A stretch of DNA of 47,023 bases from Octopus bimaculoides (GCF_001194135.2 NC_068988.1:26862821-26909843); one strand, 5' to 3'; counted from the stretch's first letter, positions 1-11,630 are shown. Made by a program: numbers and translations. Notes: a model not told the origin generated them from the sequence alone.

Positions 1-330
1 TTCTGGTCTCCCTTTTCTGCGCTCCCACTTATTTTGCTTTAATTGGTTATCTACCTTGTTTAGCTGGTGGTGTTTGGGGTGGGCAAATTTGCAATTTCGC
101 CCCTTTTCCCCGTGCCAGCAGGTACCATTTAGGTAGAATTTACAGATCTGTTTCTTTTTCTCTGTATGACGTGCTTGGGCTTGAAGCGTTTGTGTTTGTG
201 TTCACCGTCTTCTTGTCTGCTCTCCTGTCTCTGTCGCTTGGTGTGGTGCTGCGTTGGCTGTATTCATCATGGCCATTGCAGCCCTCAGCAGTGGCTACAG
301 AACTGGTGGCATTTGCCTTGTCTCGGTGGT
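1..330 (-). pseudogene. Degenerate CCCH zinc-finger coding fragment, probably ORF1 of a non-LTR retrotransposon; runs off the window edge
   Basis: Manual minus-strand translation gives QICKFYLNGTCWHGEKGRNCKFAHP (C-x7-C-x8-C-x3-H, nt 144..79), open to nt 1. The upstream S/T/D/R-rich stretch is in a different frame, implying a frameshift near nt 150-160. Confidence 0.55.
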
Positions 331-708
331 CCGTATAATTAGATATTATCTTACAAAGTTTTCGACCAGCTCTTTTTCTCGAACTTTCAAATATAAACGA
401 GATAAAATATTAAGCATTTTTGTAGCTTCAGCAATAATTTTGCTAACGTAAATATTTTTTGCAAATGATGTAGTAATTATTAATGTCTGCCAGCAGCTTT
501 CTTACTTTGCTACAATTTTTATTAATCGAGTGATAAAATGAAATGCTTATTCACGCTCACAGACGCACGCACAACTCACATGTAAACATTCATTCTTACA
601 CACGCCCGCAGACACACACACAAACACACACACACACGTACTCTCTCACGAACATATAACACACAAGTATATCTTCACATTCTCATTGCCGCATTCACGT
701 ACACATTT

Positions 709-710
709 CA

Positions 711-797
<87 letters not shown>
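709..797. repeat. (TACA)n/(TA)n microsatellite
   Basis: Direct reading. Confidence 0.95.
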
Positions 798-799
<2 letters not shown>

Positions 800-921
800 T
801 TCTGCTTATATGTACTTATGTGTGTGCAAAGTGTTGCAGTCTTCTAAAGTTATGTCGAATTACCACTTTGCCTGAAGCTAGTATTCGGGAAAGCTTCCTG
901 TGTCTTGTTTCAGTTTTCAGA

Positions 922-949
922 ATTATTATTATTACTATTATTATTATTA

Positions 950-1019
<70 letters not shown>

Positions 1020-1035
1020 TATTATTATTATTATT
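922..1035. repeat. (ATT)n microsatellite
   Basis: Direct reading; it produces the poly-I and poly-L ORFs in the track. Confidence 0.97.
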
Positions 1036-1077
1036 GATGTTGTTGTTTTGCGAAGCAAACGTGAAGCAGAACTATAG

Positions 1078-1168
1078 TGTTCATCTGCATCAGCTTTCGT
1101 TCTCGGTTCAAATAACAGCCGTCGGTGTGTTTCAAATACAACCCACCATCAGAATAAATATCAAAAAT
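1078..1168 (+). CDS. Candidate coding exon (CSSASAFVLGSNNSRRCVSNTTHHQNKYQK)
   Basis: AG at 1076-1077 (alternative at 1092-1093) and a strong donor GTAAGT at 1169. The frame joins the 1284 exon in phase 1. Confidence 0.28.
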
Positions 1169-1283
1169 GTAAGTCCTGTTCTAAGATTGATTTTTATCTC
1201 ATACATCTATATACACAAACGCATACATCTATTGATTTATATAAGGAATCAAATGTAAAGGGTTGGGCCCATAACTTTCACAG

Positions 1284-1367
1284 ATCTTCAAGTTAGAATG
1301 AATGATGCGACAGATGCCAGCCTTAAACTTATTTGGGTCAATGCGTACAGAATACCACTTGTACGAG
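1284..1367 (+). CDS. Candidate coding exon with an FN3-like start (LQVRMNDATDASLKLIW)
   Basis: Acceptor ctttcacag ending at 1283; possible donor GTGAAG at 1368. The frame stays open to 1501 and includes PNGIKIKYRYLF. Domain resemblance is by eye only. Confidence 0.3.
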
Positions 1368-1754
1368 GTGAAGGAACTGTGAGACCCAACGGCATTAAAA
1401 TAAAATATCGTTATTTGTTTTCCGAGATGAAATTGTACTGTTTGATCATTCACTACCATCCTACTTATTCGAACATGATGGTGGAGTATTTGCAATCATA
1501 AACATTAGCTCAAATTCTACAGCACCCCGTCACAAGCCCATATTAGAGTACCGGCCTCATATTTTGAACAGTACCACTGCTACACACAGGCATTTTTTGG
1601 AGCTCCTATAGAGGAACTAGTTGACTTATTAGGTTATCTTCTCTTTCTATCTTCCCTATCGTTATTAAACTGGCTTTTAAAACCGGAGATGTTTTTCCAC
1701 GTATTAATGTTACTAACGATTTTTTCTTCTCATCACCCAATGTATGATCACCTC

Positions 1755-3350
1755 TTATCTAGTTTCCTCACCAACTACTTCGACTACTTCGTGAAATCCA
1801 TTGTCCCTAAGATGTCGGCCATCTAGAATTTCGTCACAACAGGTGTCTTTCCTGCAGTCTCCAGTTTGCAACAGATTAAGATAAAAGTTAAAGACATCAA
1901 TCCGACTAATCTCGGAGGGCGTGTAAAAACCAAGAGTAAAGTGCATTCCCACTTCCTCCAGAACACTTCCTTTCATATTGGAGAGAAATTAAGAGAAATT
2001 AAGAATGTAACGACATACTACACCAGAGGAAGGAAATACGGCACAGTGGAGGTACGCTTCGTGAATGAAGAAGAAGCGAGGAAATACTACACTGTGCCTT
2101 TGAGATCAGCTGTGTGGGCACTACTACCGACTTACTGTGGCTAACGTGCAGCCAGAGTAAGAACAGGTAGAGTGTCCCCAGAAATTGATGAAGCGTGGCT
2201 GGTGGCAGCCATCCTCTTGAATACAGAGGAGGATACTGAAATATTGAAAATATCGATAACTACGGAGGTGAACTGATGGGGGTTTGGACTAGAGGTTTTG
2301 GTTAATATAAGCTTACCAGACCTCCACAAGATTGCGGAAGAAATGATAGTACCAGACGAAACAAGGTTAAGAATGGTGGTAGAATGAAGACCGCTAGTAT
2401 GTTTTCTATGTGGAGTAAGGGGACACATGAAAGCTAAGTGTCCCCAGAAACACGAAGAGAAGACAGGGAAGGGATATCAGAAAGAAGAGGGTGCAACTGT
2501 AGAGGAGGAGAAAACGGAAGAGCAATATACAGTGGTAAAAAGAAAAATGAGTAATACAGACTCACCGCCAAAACGTCCGAGGAAGAAAAGAAAAGCAAGT
2601 GGAGAGGAGAAGCAGAGTGAAAAACAAGAGAATATGAATGAGAAGAGAACAAATGAAAAGACAACAAAAGTGAAGAACGAACGCAGAGACCATCAACTAG
2701 CAAGGAGGAAAGAATACAGAAGAGAAAGGAAGATGAAAGAGAGATGATAACAACACAGAATGCGAGATAGAGAGATAGAAACGCCAGCGGCAGAGGAGGG
2801 GATTGGTGAGGAGAGAAGGAGAGTGACACCCAAAACGAAAAACTTAAGAACAATGGTGCAATACCCAAAAAGTGTAGAGATAGAGAAAAAGATTGCCAAG
2901 ATGAAGAACGCTGTAAGAGTGAAATTAATGGCCAAAGAGTTTAACGAAGGTTTTAAAGCTGTTTTGTTGGAAAAAGAAAGAGGAGTGAAATTGAAGGAGT
3001 TGTTTGGTGAAAGAATAGAGATGACAGAGATACAAATAGGTTACGACGAATTGCCGCTGGTGGTGGCCGTCGAAGAGTTAATAGAGGATATGTTATAAAT
3101 AATGACTTTGTGTGAATTTTAAAAAAAGGAAACAACAGATACAAGACTGATATTGAACCGTTCATTTAAAAACAGTAAAATGGAACTGCTTGCTTATGGG
3201 GTGGGTGGGTAGGTAAACCATTCCATTCTCATTTTCATTATGTCCATAATTCATTCGATATGTGTTTCTATGTACCCCAATGTATTGTTTTGCCTGTTTT
3301 TGTATTGTCCCATCTCCATTGAGGCTTTGTGCCAAATTAAAGAAATAAGG
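1755..3350 (+). mobile_element. L1/Tx1-like non-LTR retrotransposon derivative containing ORF1 only; boundaries approximate
   Basis: Degenerate ORF1 followed by about 250 nt of 3'UTR-like sequence and ATTAAA at 3336-3341; no endonuclease or RT coding sequence follows. Confidence 0.6.
1812..3098 (+). pseudogene. Gag-like ORF1 (about 428 codons) with an RRM-like N-terminal region, CCHC zinc knuckle and K/E/R-rich tail; inactivated by in-frame stops
   Basis: Track ORFs 1866, 2427 and 2760 share one frame with the ATG at 1812. Stops at 1824, 2142, 2274, 2385 and 2745/2748. CFLCGVRGHMKAKC (CX2CX4HX4C) at 2400-2441, preceded by VE*RPLV. Confidence 0.8.
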
Positions 3351-4870
3351 ACATTGGTGTTGCCTTGGTTGAGGTTTGCGCTCTCTGAGTGCTCGTGTTT
3401 TATTTTATTTCATTTTCAGGTAATAATTTTCATCTTTTTCAAAACTAGAATACATTTCATAATTTTGTACTAGCATTAAGAAATTCCATAAAAGTTGAAT
3501 TATAATGCTTGTATGTCTGATATATATATATTTCCTGATATTACGCATGGTTGCAAAAGTATTCTTCCCAAGTTACCCGTCACCTGACAGGTAACACTTT
3601 AGCATACCTATGAATTACATATGTATTTTTAAATGTACCTCTGGGAACTCTGGGAAGACTATGTGTTTTCATTTATGAGGAGATAATTCACTTTTATGAA
3701 CATAGTGAATATAACTAGATTCATGAACTTTATTGAAATTCTGCTGAATATATTTGCCTGTTGGGTATATTTCCAAACATCGAAACTGAAAAATAAAATG
3801 AAACCCGCATGAAAATGTTATGCCGCAAAGTAAGAATTACTTTATAGCATTGTTTTAATCACCAGTGCAATTTAAGTATTACTATTTATGCTGAAATTTA
3901 GAGTTCATTACTTCTAATTACTTCATATTTGTGGTTTCATAATGTCAGTTTACAGATCTATAAATTTGTGCGTGGTACAAGAGAATAAATGAGTGCATGA
4001 GTATGGGTTTCGTAAGTCTATAAACGTATGTCTGTCGAGAGAAGAAGTACTGGTATCTATATTTTACCCACTGAACGTATAATTAAATCTCTTAAAGAAT
4101 GCCCAACAAATCACTAAAATTTCGTGTTTACTTTTTTCTGAATTTGTTTTTCCCAGTCAGTTATACATTATTAGTATGATAGTTCAATCTTTATAGCATT
4201 GCTAATTATATCAATTATTAGTTTTTCAAAGAATTAAAGTTGTAATCAAACTATAATTATATTTTTCCGATGAAATTGATTTTTTCTTTTGGGTTTTTTT
4301 CTTTACAATATGCAGTAATATACGCTATATAAATAAACTCCACGGTGACTGTGAATAATATGTTGATCACAAAGACCGAAAAGTAATAATTATTAAATAT
4401 AAAATATTAAATAATTCCGTGCTAGTTTTATTTGAATTTCTACAGTAGCTCACAGATTTTTAAAATAATTCATAGACTCGTACACCATTTCTCCAAAGAA
4501 AACTTCTGCATGCCAGCTAATGTTTTATTTTCTTTCTTTAATCCTAAGTTTTAAATTATGGCAAATAGCTTGGCATCACTCTGTTGCTAAAGTAATATGG
4601 TCATAGCGAGAATTAAATTGAATTTTTCACCAGATTATACTGAGAAACCTCAGATTCGTTTTTGAAATAAATAATTTCGTTACGATTTTATCTCAAAATG
4701 TATTTTGTCTGGTTTCTTTTTATAGTGAGTAATATATTTGTCAACAGATGAAACTTGGTACGTAGTCAATAGAAAGCACTCAAGTAGTTCTTTCGCATTC
4801 AAAAAGTTATTGCAATTCACAAATAATAAATCTGATCATATGTATGTATGTATGTATGTATGTATATGTC

Positions 4871-5210
4871 GTGATACTCTGTCGGTTACGGCAACGTGGG
4901 TCCCAGTTGATCCGATCAACGGAACAGCCTGTTCGTGAAATTAACGTGCAAGTGGCTGAGCACTCCGCATATACGTGTACTCCTAACGTAGTTCTCGGGG
5001 AGATTCAGCGTGACAGAGAGTGTGATAAGGCTGGCCCTTTCAAATACAGGTACAACAAAAACAGGGAGAAAGAGTGAGAGAAAGTTGTGGTGAAAGAGTA
5101 CAGCCGGGTTCGCTACCACCACCACCACCCCCTGCTGGAGCCGCGTGGATCTTTAGGTGAGTTCGCTCCATAAACACTCACCATGTCCGGTCTGGGGATC
5201 GAAACCGCGA
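4871..5210 (-). mobile_element. tRNA-derived SINE, family A; head truncated at 5210
   Basis: Body is shared with 31417-31505 and 38761-38940 (cctaacgtagttctcggggagattca...ggctggccctttga/tca). B-box-like ggtttcgatcccc on the minus strand near 5195-5207. Confidence 0.8.
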
Positions 5211-5415
5211 TTATAATTATTATTCAGTAGTTTTATTTTTATAGCGTGCTTTCACTTCACTGCCGAGCACAGCTCTGTGTGCCTTGGGTATGTGCTGTGG
5301 TTTGCTGTGATGCTCTTATGGTTACTGTATTGAAAGTGTTTTGCGTAGGATGTGTGCAGTGCCCAGTAGTGCAATTTTCTGTATGTTATATATACTTGTA
5401 AGTCCTGGTGTTTTT
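5211..5415 (-). mobile_element. 3' end of an R4/Dong-type RLE non-LTR retrotransposon (ORF C-terminus, 3'UTR and TAA-like tail)
   Basis: Minus frame KTPGLTSIYNIQKIALLGTAHILRKTLSIQ* (stop at 5324-5322) matches the characteristic QKxxLLGTAxILRK terminus. TAA-like tail at 5211-5224; the 5' part is lost in the gap. Confidence 0.8.
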
Positions 5416-5714
5416 NNNNNNNNNNNNNNNNNNNNNNNNNNNNNNNNNNNNNNNNNNNNNNNNNNNNNNNNNNNNNNNNNNNNNNNNNNNNNNNNNNNNN
5501 NNNNNNNNNNNNNNNNNNNNNNNNNNNNNNNNNNNNNNNNNNNNNNNNNNNNNNNNNNNNNNNNNNNNNNNNNNNNNNNNNNNNNNNNNNNNNNNNNNNN
5601 NNNNNNNNNNNNNNNNNNNNNNNNNNNNNNNNNNNNNNNNNNNNNNNNNNNNNNNNNNNNNNNNNNNNNNNNNNNNNNNNNNNNNNNNNNNNNNNNNNNN
5701 NNNNNNNNNNNNNN

Positions 5715-5715
<1 letters not shown>

Positions 5716-5776
<61 letters not shown>
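5716..5776. repeat. (TTA)n microsatellite
   Basis: Direct reading. Confidence 0.97.
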
Positions 5777-5777
<1 letters not shown>

Positions 5778-5975
5778 CGAGTTCGATTCGAGGCAGTGAC
5801 CTGAATAATAATAATAATAATAATAATAACATCGAAAAATACCTTAGGAATGAGAATCCGGATTCGAAATTTCCCCAAGACACCTGATGATGGCTGGAGG
5901 GTATATCAGCCGAAACATTGTGTTAACAACAAACAAGAGGACAAATATCCGTCAAATGTAAATAATGTAAATAAT
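5777..5975 (+). mobile_element. Penelope-like element terminal repeat fragment
   Basis: Contains the CTGATGA-stem-GAAAC hammerhead core typical of Penelope-like terminal repeats and ends in an (aatgtaaat)-type tail; no ORF present. Confidence 0.55.
5879..5924 (+). ncRNA. Minimal type I hammerhead ribozyme motif, possibly inactive
   Basis: Stem I GACAC(5879-83)/GTGTT(5920-24); CTGATGA 5884-90; stem II GGCTG(5892-96)/CAGCC(5907-11); GAAA 5912-15; ACAT plus T as a minimal stem III and UH site. Confidence 0.65.
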
Positions 5976-7599
5976 TACAAGAAAGTCTTCAATAAAATGT
6001 ACTCAGAGGTAACTGTTGAGCCTATATGGAGATGAGTCTCTGTGTTAATAGCTCAGCACATGTGACGGTTATAAGAAATGATAATTCGCTTATACAATAA
6101 TGATCAAATGACATTCGTATTTAATCATTTCGAGTTGTAAACAAGAATCTCTCTGAAACAAGGTGTATTGCATGTAATGAAAATGGCGTGTTTATTTTAA
6201 AATTTGATTTGGTCACCACTGTCGAGGCGTTATTAAAGAACTTTTTTCAGTGTCAGGCTATTTTATATGTAAAATAATTGTATGTACTGATATTTTCGTA
6301 TGAACCGATAATTCAGAAAGTTTAAAATGCTTCCATACAATGGCCGAAGTTCATACATTTTGGCTGTTAGTTATAGTCTCGATATACGATTATGAAATTT
6401 CATTTCAATTATTCCTCTCCTTTCTACGATTTGCTCCTATTAGACTGTCACCCTACATTAGTAGTTTCCAAAATTTTACTCGAGCTACCGAATTTAGCAA
6501 ATATATAATCTTATGTATTTTAATAAAACCAATTTTCCAAAACATTGGACTCGCTTTCATACTTTTCCCGAGCTTGAGGTAATATTTCTCGGTTTTTGTT
6601 GCAATAGACGTTCGACCATAGTAGAATATCTATTGCAACTATTTTCTACATTTTATCAAATATAGAATTAAACACTACCTATAAGATTCGAATTGACGTT
6701 TCATATAATCAGAGAATCGTATGATTCTGTGCTTATGGGTCTGCAGTGATACATATATGCTTTTCTAAGTGATAGGAGACATTTTCAGCCTTTTTTATTT
6801 CCCCTTAAACTAAGCTATGATTTTGTTTTCCAAAATAACAAATGAGATGCGTTCCAGACTTTACACATAACACATTACAGTATAAGACAATAATTTTTGT
6901 AGTCTTCCTTCGTTTATTAGTTTTTTTCATTAAGTTTACCTATTACCTACGATGCAATTTTCCATAACGTTTGAAATGAAACACTTTATTGGCTTCTTTT
7001 TTATATATATTTGTATCAAATAAAGTGTTTTGCCTTCTAAGTATTCAAACTATGTTTCTGTAATTACATTCATTTGTGTTATAGTATAAAAAAAAACACA
7101 CAGACGTTCAGTATGCTATAATATTATTAGATATTCTCATACGCACGCTCTTTTAGAATAATATATCGTCTCTTTCGAGAATTATTTTATCAGCTTAAGA
7201 GATTAAAAACAGACACGCACTTAAAACAGGATATCTTTTAATCCCATTTAAATCAGTTGTGATTTGACAACAAATGCAATATTTTCCCACCAGAAAAAAA
7301 AATAATGTATTATATAAATACCTATTCATGCGTCAAACAACTTCAACAGAAAACTACACATTTAACCATCATATAAACAACACACTAGGTTGTTGTGTGA
7401 AACATAATTAGACTTTTGTTTAAATTTGAGATTATTTGAATAATATCATTAATCGACTTCCATTAGCAGGATAGGAATTGAACAAATTGTGTATCTATTT
7501 GTATATGCGAGTGTATACACACCCACGTACACAAAAACTCAGATATATCTTACAGATAGATAGGTACATATACATGTACGTATATATGCACACGCAAAT

Positions 7600-7601
7600 A
7601 C

Positions 7602-7647
<46 letters not shown>

Positions 7648-7712
7648 ATTATGTATATACATATGCATATATGTATATATGTGTATATATATAAATGTAT
7701 GTATGTATGTAT
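7600..7712. repeat. Compound (TA)n/(TG)n/(TATG)n microsatellite
   Basis: Direct reading. Confidence 0.9.
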
Positions 7713-8263
7713 TCAAATGCCGGTTTGTCAACAAAAGAAAGCTGTATGGTAAACAGTATAGTGTATGAGTGTGCATAATTATATCAACATACGTAAATAA
7801 ATATANNNNNNNNNNNNNNNNNNNNNNNNNNNNNNNNNNNNNNNNNNNNNNNNNNNNNNNNNNNNNNNNNNNNNNNNNNNNNNNNNNNNNNNNNNNNNNN
7901 NNNNNNNNNNNNNNNNNNNNNNNNNNNNNNNNNNNNNNNNNNNNNNNNNNNNNNNNNNNNNNNNNNNNNNNNNNNNNNNNNNNNNNNNNNNNNNNNNNNN
8001 NNNNNNNNNNNNNNNNNNNNNNNNNNNNNNNNNNNNNNNNNNNNNNNNNNNNNNNNNNNNNNNNNNNNNNNNNNNNNNNNNNNNNNNNNNNNNNNNNNNN
8101 NNNNNNNNNNNNNNNNNNNNNNNNNNNNNNNNNNNNNNNNNNNNNNNNNNNNNNNNNNNNNNNNNNNNNNNNNNNNNNNNNNNNNNNNNNNNNNNNNNNN
8201 NNNGTATGTGTACATCTATATATGTCTATGTATATCCATATGTGTATATATGCGTATATACAT

Positions 8264-8396
8264 ATAGATAGACAGATAGATAGATAGACAGATAGATAGA
8301 TGGATCAATAGATAGATAGAGATACATATGTACATGCATACATGCTTGCCTTTATGCATGCATGCATACATACATACATACATACATACATACATA
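8264..8396. repeat. (GATA)n and (CATA)n microsatellites
   Basis: Direct reading. Confidence 0.9.
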
Positions 8397-10429
8397 GCTG
8401 GTGCCACTTATAGTAAAATTAAATGTCCATAGCTAAATTCATTTCCTGTTTAAATATTACATTATTCTGAATATAAATTCACAGAAAAAAATGTATCTTA
8501 ACGAGGTAATTGCTAGATGTGTCATGTCTCGTTTCAGACAGCCATCTGAGTTGATATTACTTTTATTTTGCAATATAGACATTTTATCAAAACTTACATA
8601 ATATACCGGATAGAATACCTGTTTGTTAAAATTAATCTCATATCAACCGATTTATTCTAATATATATATTTTTTATCTTATTGCTTATCTGCTTTGATGT
8701 AATAAAATGTTTGAAGTTATAATATAGGAGAAATGAATGAATAATTCTTTATTTTATTGCCATAGGGGCAAAAAATGAGGAACTTTACACAGCATAAAAC
8801 ATATACCAGTTGAACTGTTTACACTGAATTTGAAAGGAAGAACAAAAAGTTCATGGCGTACAAAATACGAAGGCGATGAGCTCTGAGAATCATTAGCAAG
8901 TTTGATTAAAAAAAGGAAAGCTAAGTGACCGTTTTCTTGCGACTCTTTACGTTCTAGTGAACTTTACTAATGAAGTACTTGGGTCGATATAATCGATTTG
9001 TCCCCTTTCTTCAAAATTTCTCTCCTTGAACACTGCAATGATCTGGTGATCCGGTGAGGGGCAATGTTGTGATCTCGGTCATGTATATGCCATGAAAAAC
9101 GTGCAATCGGATTTATGTGTCCTACGGCTGGATCCTATAAAGGGGTTGTTGAGGTATATTGCTATAAAGGGGTGGTTGAGGTTATATTCTGTGCTCTCAC
9201 AACAAAATCGAGCAAGGTGTTTTGCTTTTGATTTAGCGTTTTCTTTTCAGTGTTGAAAGTATTTGATGTCCGTTGTCCGCAGTCGTTATATTGTCTCTAT
9301 GCTGTTTGTATATGTTAATCCACGAGTTATAGTTATGCATTTTCTGTTCATTTTATCATCATTTACGAGGCATTGTTATAGGGACTGTGTCTGTTTTCAT
9401 AGATCTTTCGATTTCGCCAATTCTTTCAGAGATACGTTATCATCGGAACCGATTCTTTGAGCAAAGAGCACAATCTTTACTTATTCTTTGAGAACTATAG
9501 CAAGACCTTCCTCCTTTTGTGAATTACTGTTTTATAATTCTTATATACTTTTATGACATCCATAAACTTTTTGACCAGGTGGTTAATAATAACCAAATAC
9601 TAAGTACTTTAAAATGTCACAAATTAATGATCAAATGTGCAATTTATAAGAAAATAAACATGTATTTATTTATGTAAACAAATAAGCAAATTGCAGAATG
9701 CTAAAAATATGTGAAAGATGATTTTATACATATGATGATGTTGTTTTCTATCACTTGTTTGTTGTACAAGTGAAAACGAAGTTAATTCTAGTCTTAACTG
9801 TTCCTTGACATCCAATATTTTCCAATGCTTGTTAATTACAACTAAAGTGGAGAAACTACTTTCACTTTCAGTTTTTAATAAAAAGCATTTAAAATTGGAC
9901 AACCTTTTTAAAAACAAATTGGATAATCTTCCTGAAATTTAACCAGAGTTTAGTTAGCGAGACGTTCGCAAATGTATGTCTCAGAGCAACGAAACATAAA
10001 ATTTAGATTAAGGAATTCACTTCGAGTACACTTAAACTAATTTCAGACTGAATAAATATCTAATCCACATTTTGTTGGCATGGATGAGTGTTGGTATTCA
10101 TTTAAATCTTTGCATTAATTCTGAGAGGCGATATTGCGTTACTCAACAATTGCAGATTAACTTCCGAATGATTTCTAAAAAAATAAAACTAGATAATGCC
10201 TCAAGGGTTTTAAAATTTTAGAACTCATTTTTCTTCGTAGTCAATTTCTTTTAATTGGTACTTTTATTTTCCTGTTCAATTTTAAAATAGTTTGTGTCTT
10301 ATAGCTTTAAATGTAAAATCACGAAAACATAAAATGTTATACAAATTGGTCAGACCTGCTAAGCATTAGGTTTGCTGAATCTATCTTCAAAGTCAAATAT
10401 AGCATTAATTGCTTATTCCTTTATTCCTT

Positions 10430-10560
10430 TGTTTCAGTAATTAGACTGCAGCCATGCTCCCCATTAAAATTCTTGTCGAGGAAACTTCACTGCTTATTGT
10501 AAATGTAGCACTTATTTTATTATCTCTTTATGTTGAACTGCTAAGTTACGGGGTGGTTTA
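10430..10560. mobile_element. Degenerate copy of dispersed repeat family C
   Basis: Aligns by eye to 44165-44305 (ttcagt..tt.gactgc.gccatgct...gaactgcta.g.tacgggg). Confidence 0.5.
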
Positions 10561-11207
10561 GAAACATCTAAACAGGAATGAGTGTGTAACTTCAAATTAA
10601 GCATTTATTGGATGCAATCAATATAATAATAAATTAATTAATCAAATTAAGTATTTATTGGAAGTTGTTTCTCTATAACAGATCATAAAATAGTCTTCAA
10701 ATTTAGAAAAAAACATCACTTTAATAATTCTATATCACAGATAATTCATTATAACAAATAATTATGGCTATTATCTTTAATTTTAGAAACTTTATATATC
10801 TGTCACAATATCTGCACGTACAAATAACGGTTTTTATCTTGTTATTTCACTTCTCATCACTTAATCTTTTATTACCATAGCTTATAGTGGCCTAAACACT
10901 AGTTGACTATTGTTACTTCTCCTCAGAACTGATCCATTATAAAAATGGAGTTCTTTCAGATACATAAATTAGAAAGAAATCAATGAAAAATAATTGTGAT
11001 CATTGAATTAGAACAAATTTCGATTTAATGATAATACATAAAAATTAGTTATCAAAATGAATAAATGTGTTAGTCTGGGTCAAACAAATTAAAAGTGCTT
11101 CATGGCAGACGCTGTCCTTATAAAAAATATTACTGCGAGGTATTCTTGTTGGACAGTCAGCTACCATCCATCACACAATGATGCCACTATTAATTATGAC
11201 TTCTAAT

Positions 11208-11410
11208 TTAGGCACAAAGCCTGAAATTTTAGATTTGGAGCGTGTCGACTACATCAACCTCAGGGCTTGACTTATATTTATTTCATAGACCCCCGAAAGA
11301 ATGAATGGCAAAGTCGAGCTCGGCGGAATTTGCACTCAGAATGTAAAGACCTACGAAATGCCATTAAGCATTTTGTCCAGCGTGCTAATAGCGCTGCCAG
11401 TCTGTCACCT
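11208..11410 (-). mobile_element. tRNA-derived SINE, family B, copy 1 of cluster
   Basis: Reverse complement matches 43042-43250 (gagt.caaattccgccgag.tcgactttgcc.ttcat.ctttcggggg). Confidence 0.8.
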
Positions 11411-11437
11411 TAGTACTATCAGCAGGGGTTTCTAAGT

Positions 11438-11630
11438 TAGGCACAAGGTCGGCAGTTTTTCATGAGAGGTTATTAGTTTATAGTACCTGACTAGTACATT
11501 ATTTTATCGATACCAAGAACATGAAAGATAAAGTTGACCTCATCAGCACTTGAACTCAGAATGTTAAGAGCTGTAACTAAATACAAGACATTTTGTCCGA
11601 CACTTACCGATTCTGCTAACCTGTCGCTTT
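11438..11630 (-). mobile_element. SINE family B, copy 2 of cluster (diverged)
   Basis: attttatcga...gaaagataaagttgacctc...tgaactcagaatg aligns to copy 1. Confidence 0.65.

Noticed and set aside
816-1077. Poly-Ile/Leu/Tyr/Asn ORFs here and at 5252-5887, 14521 and 19077-19623
   Set aside because: They are translations of trinucleotide microsatellites, some running through N gaps
2434-2935. Hydrophobic minus-strand ORFs
   Set aside because: Antisense shadow of the purine-rich ORF1
3572-3595. Imperfect palindrome gttacccgtcacctgacaggtaac
   Set aside because: Short, single, 2-nt loop and no context; compatible with chance
7478-8407. YI/CV/HT/RE/SL dipeptide ORFs here and at 13.1-14.1, 20.6-21.3, 22.8-23.7, 25.4, 33.3-33.7, 37.1-38.3 and 39.5-41.0 kb
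   Set aside because: Dinucleotide and tetranucleotide repeats and gaps lack stop codons; no coding evidence
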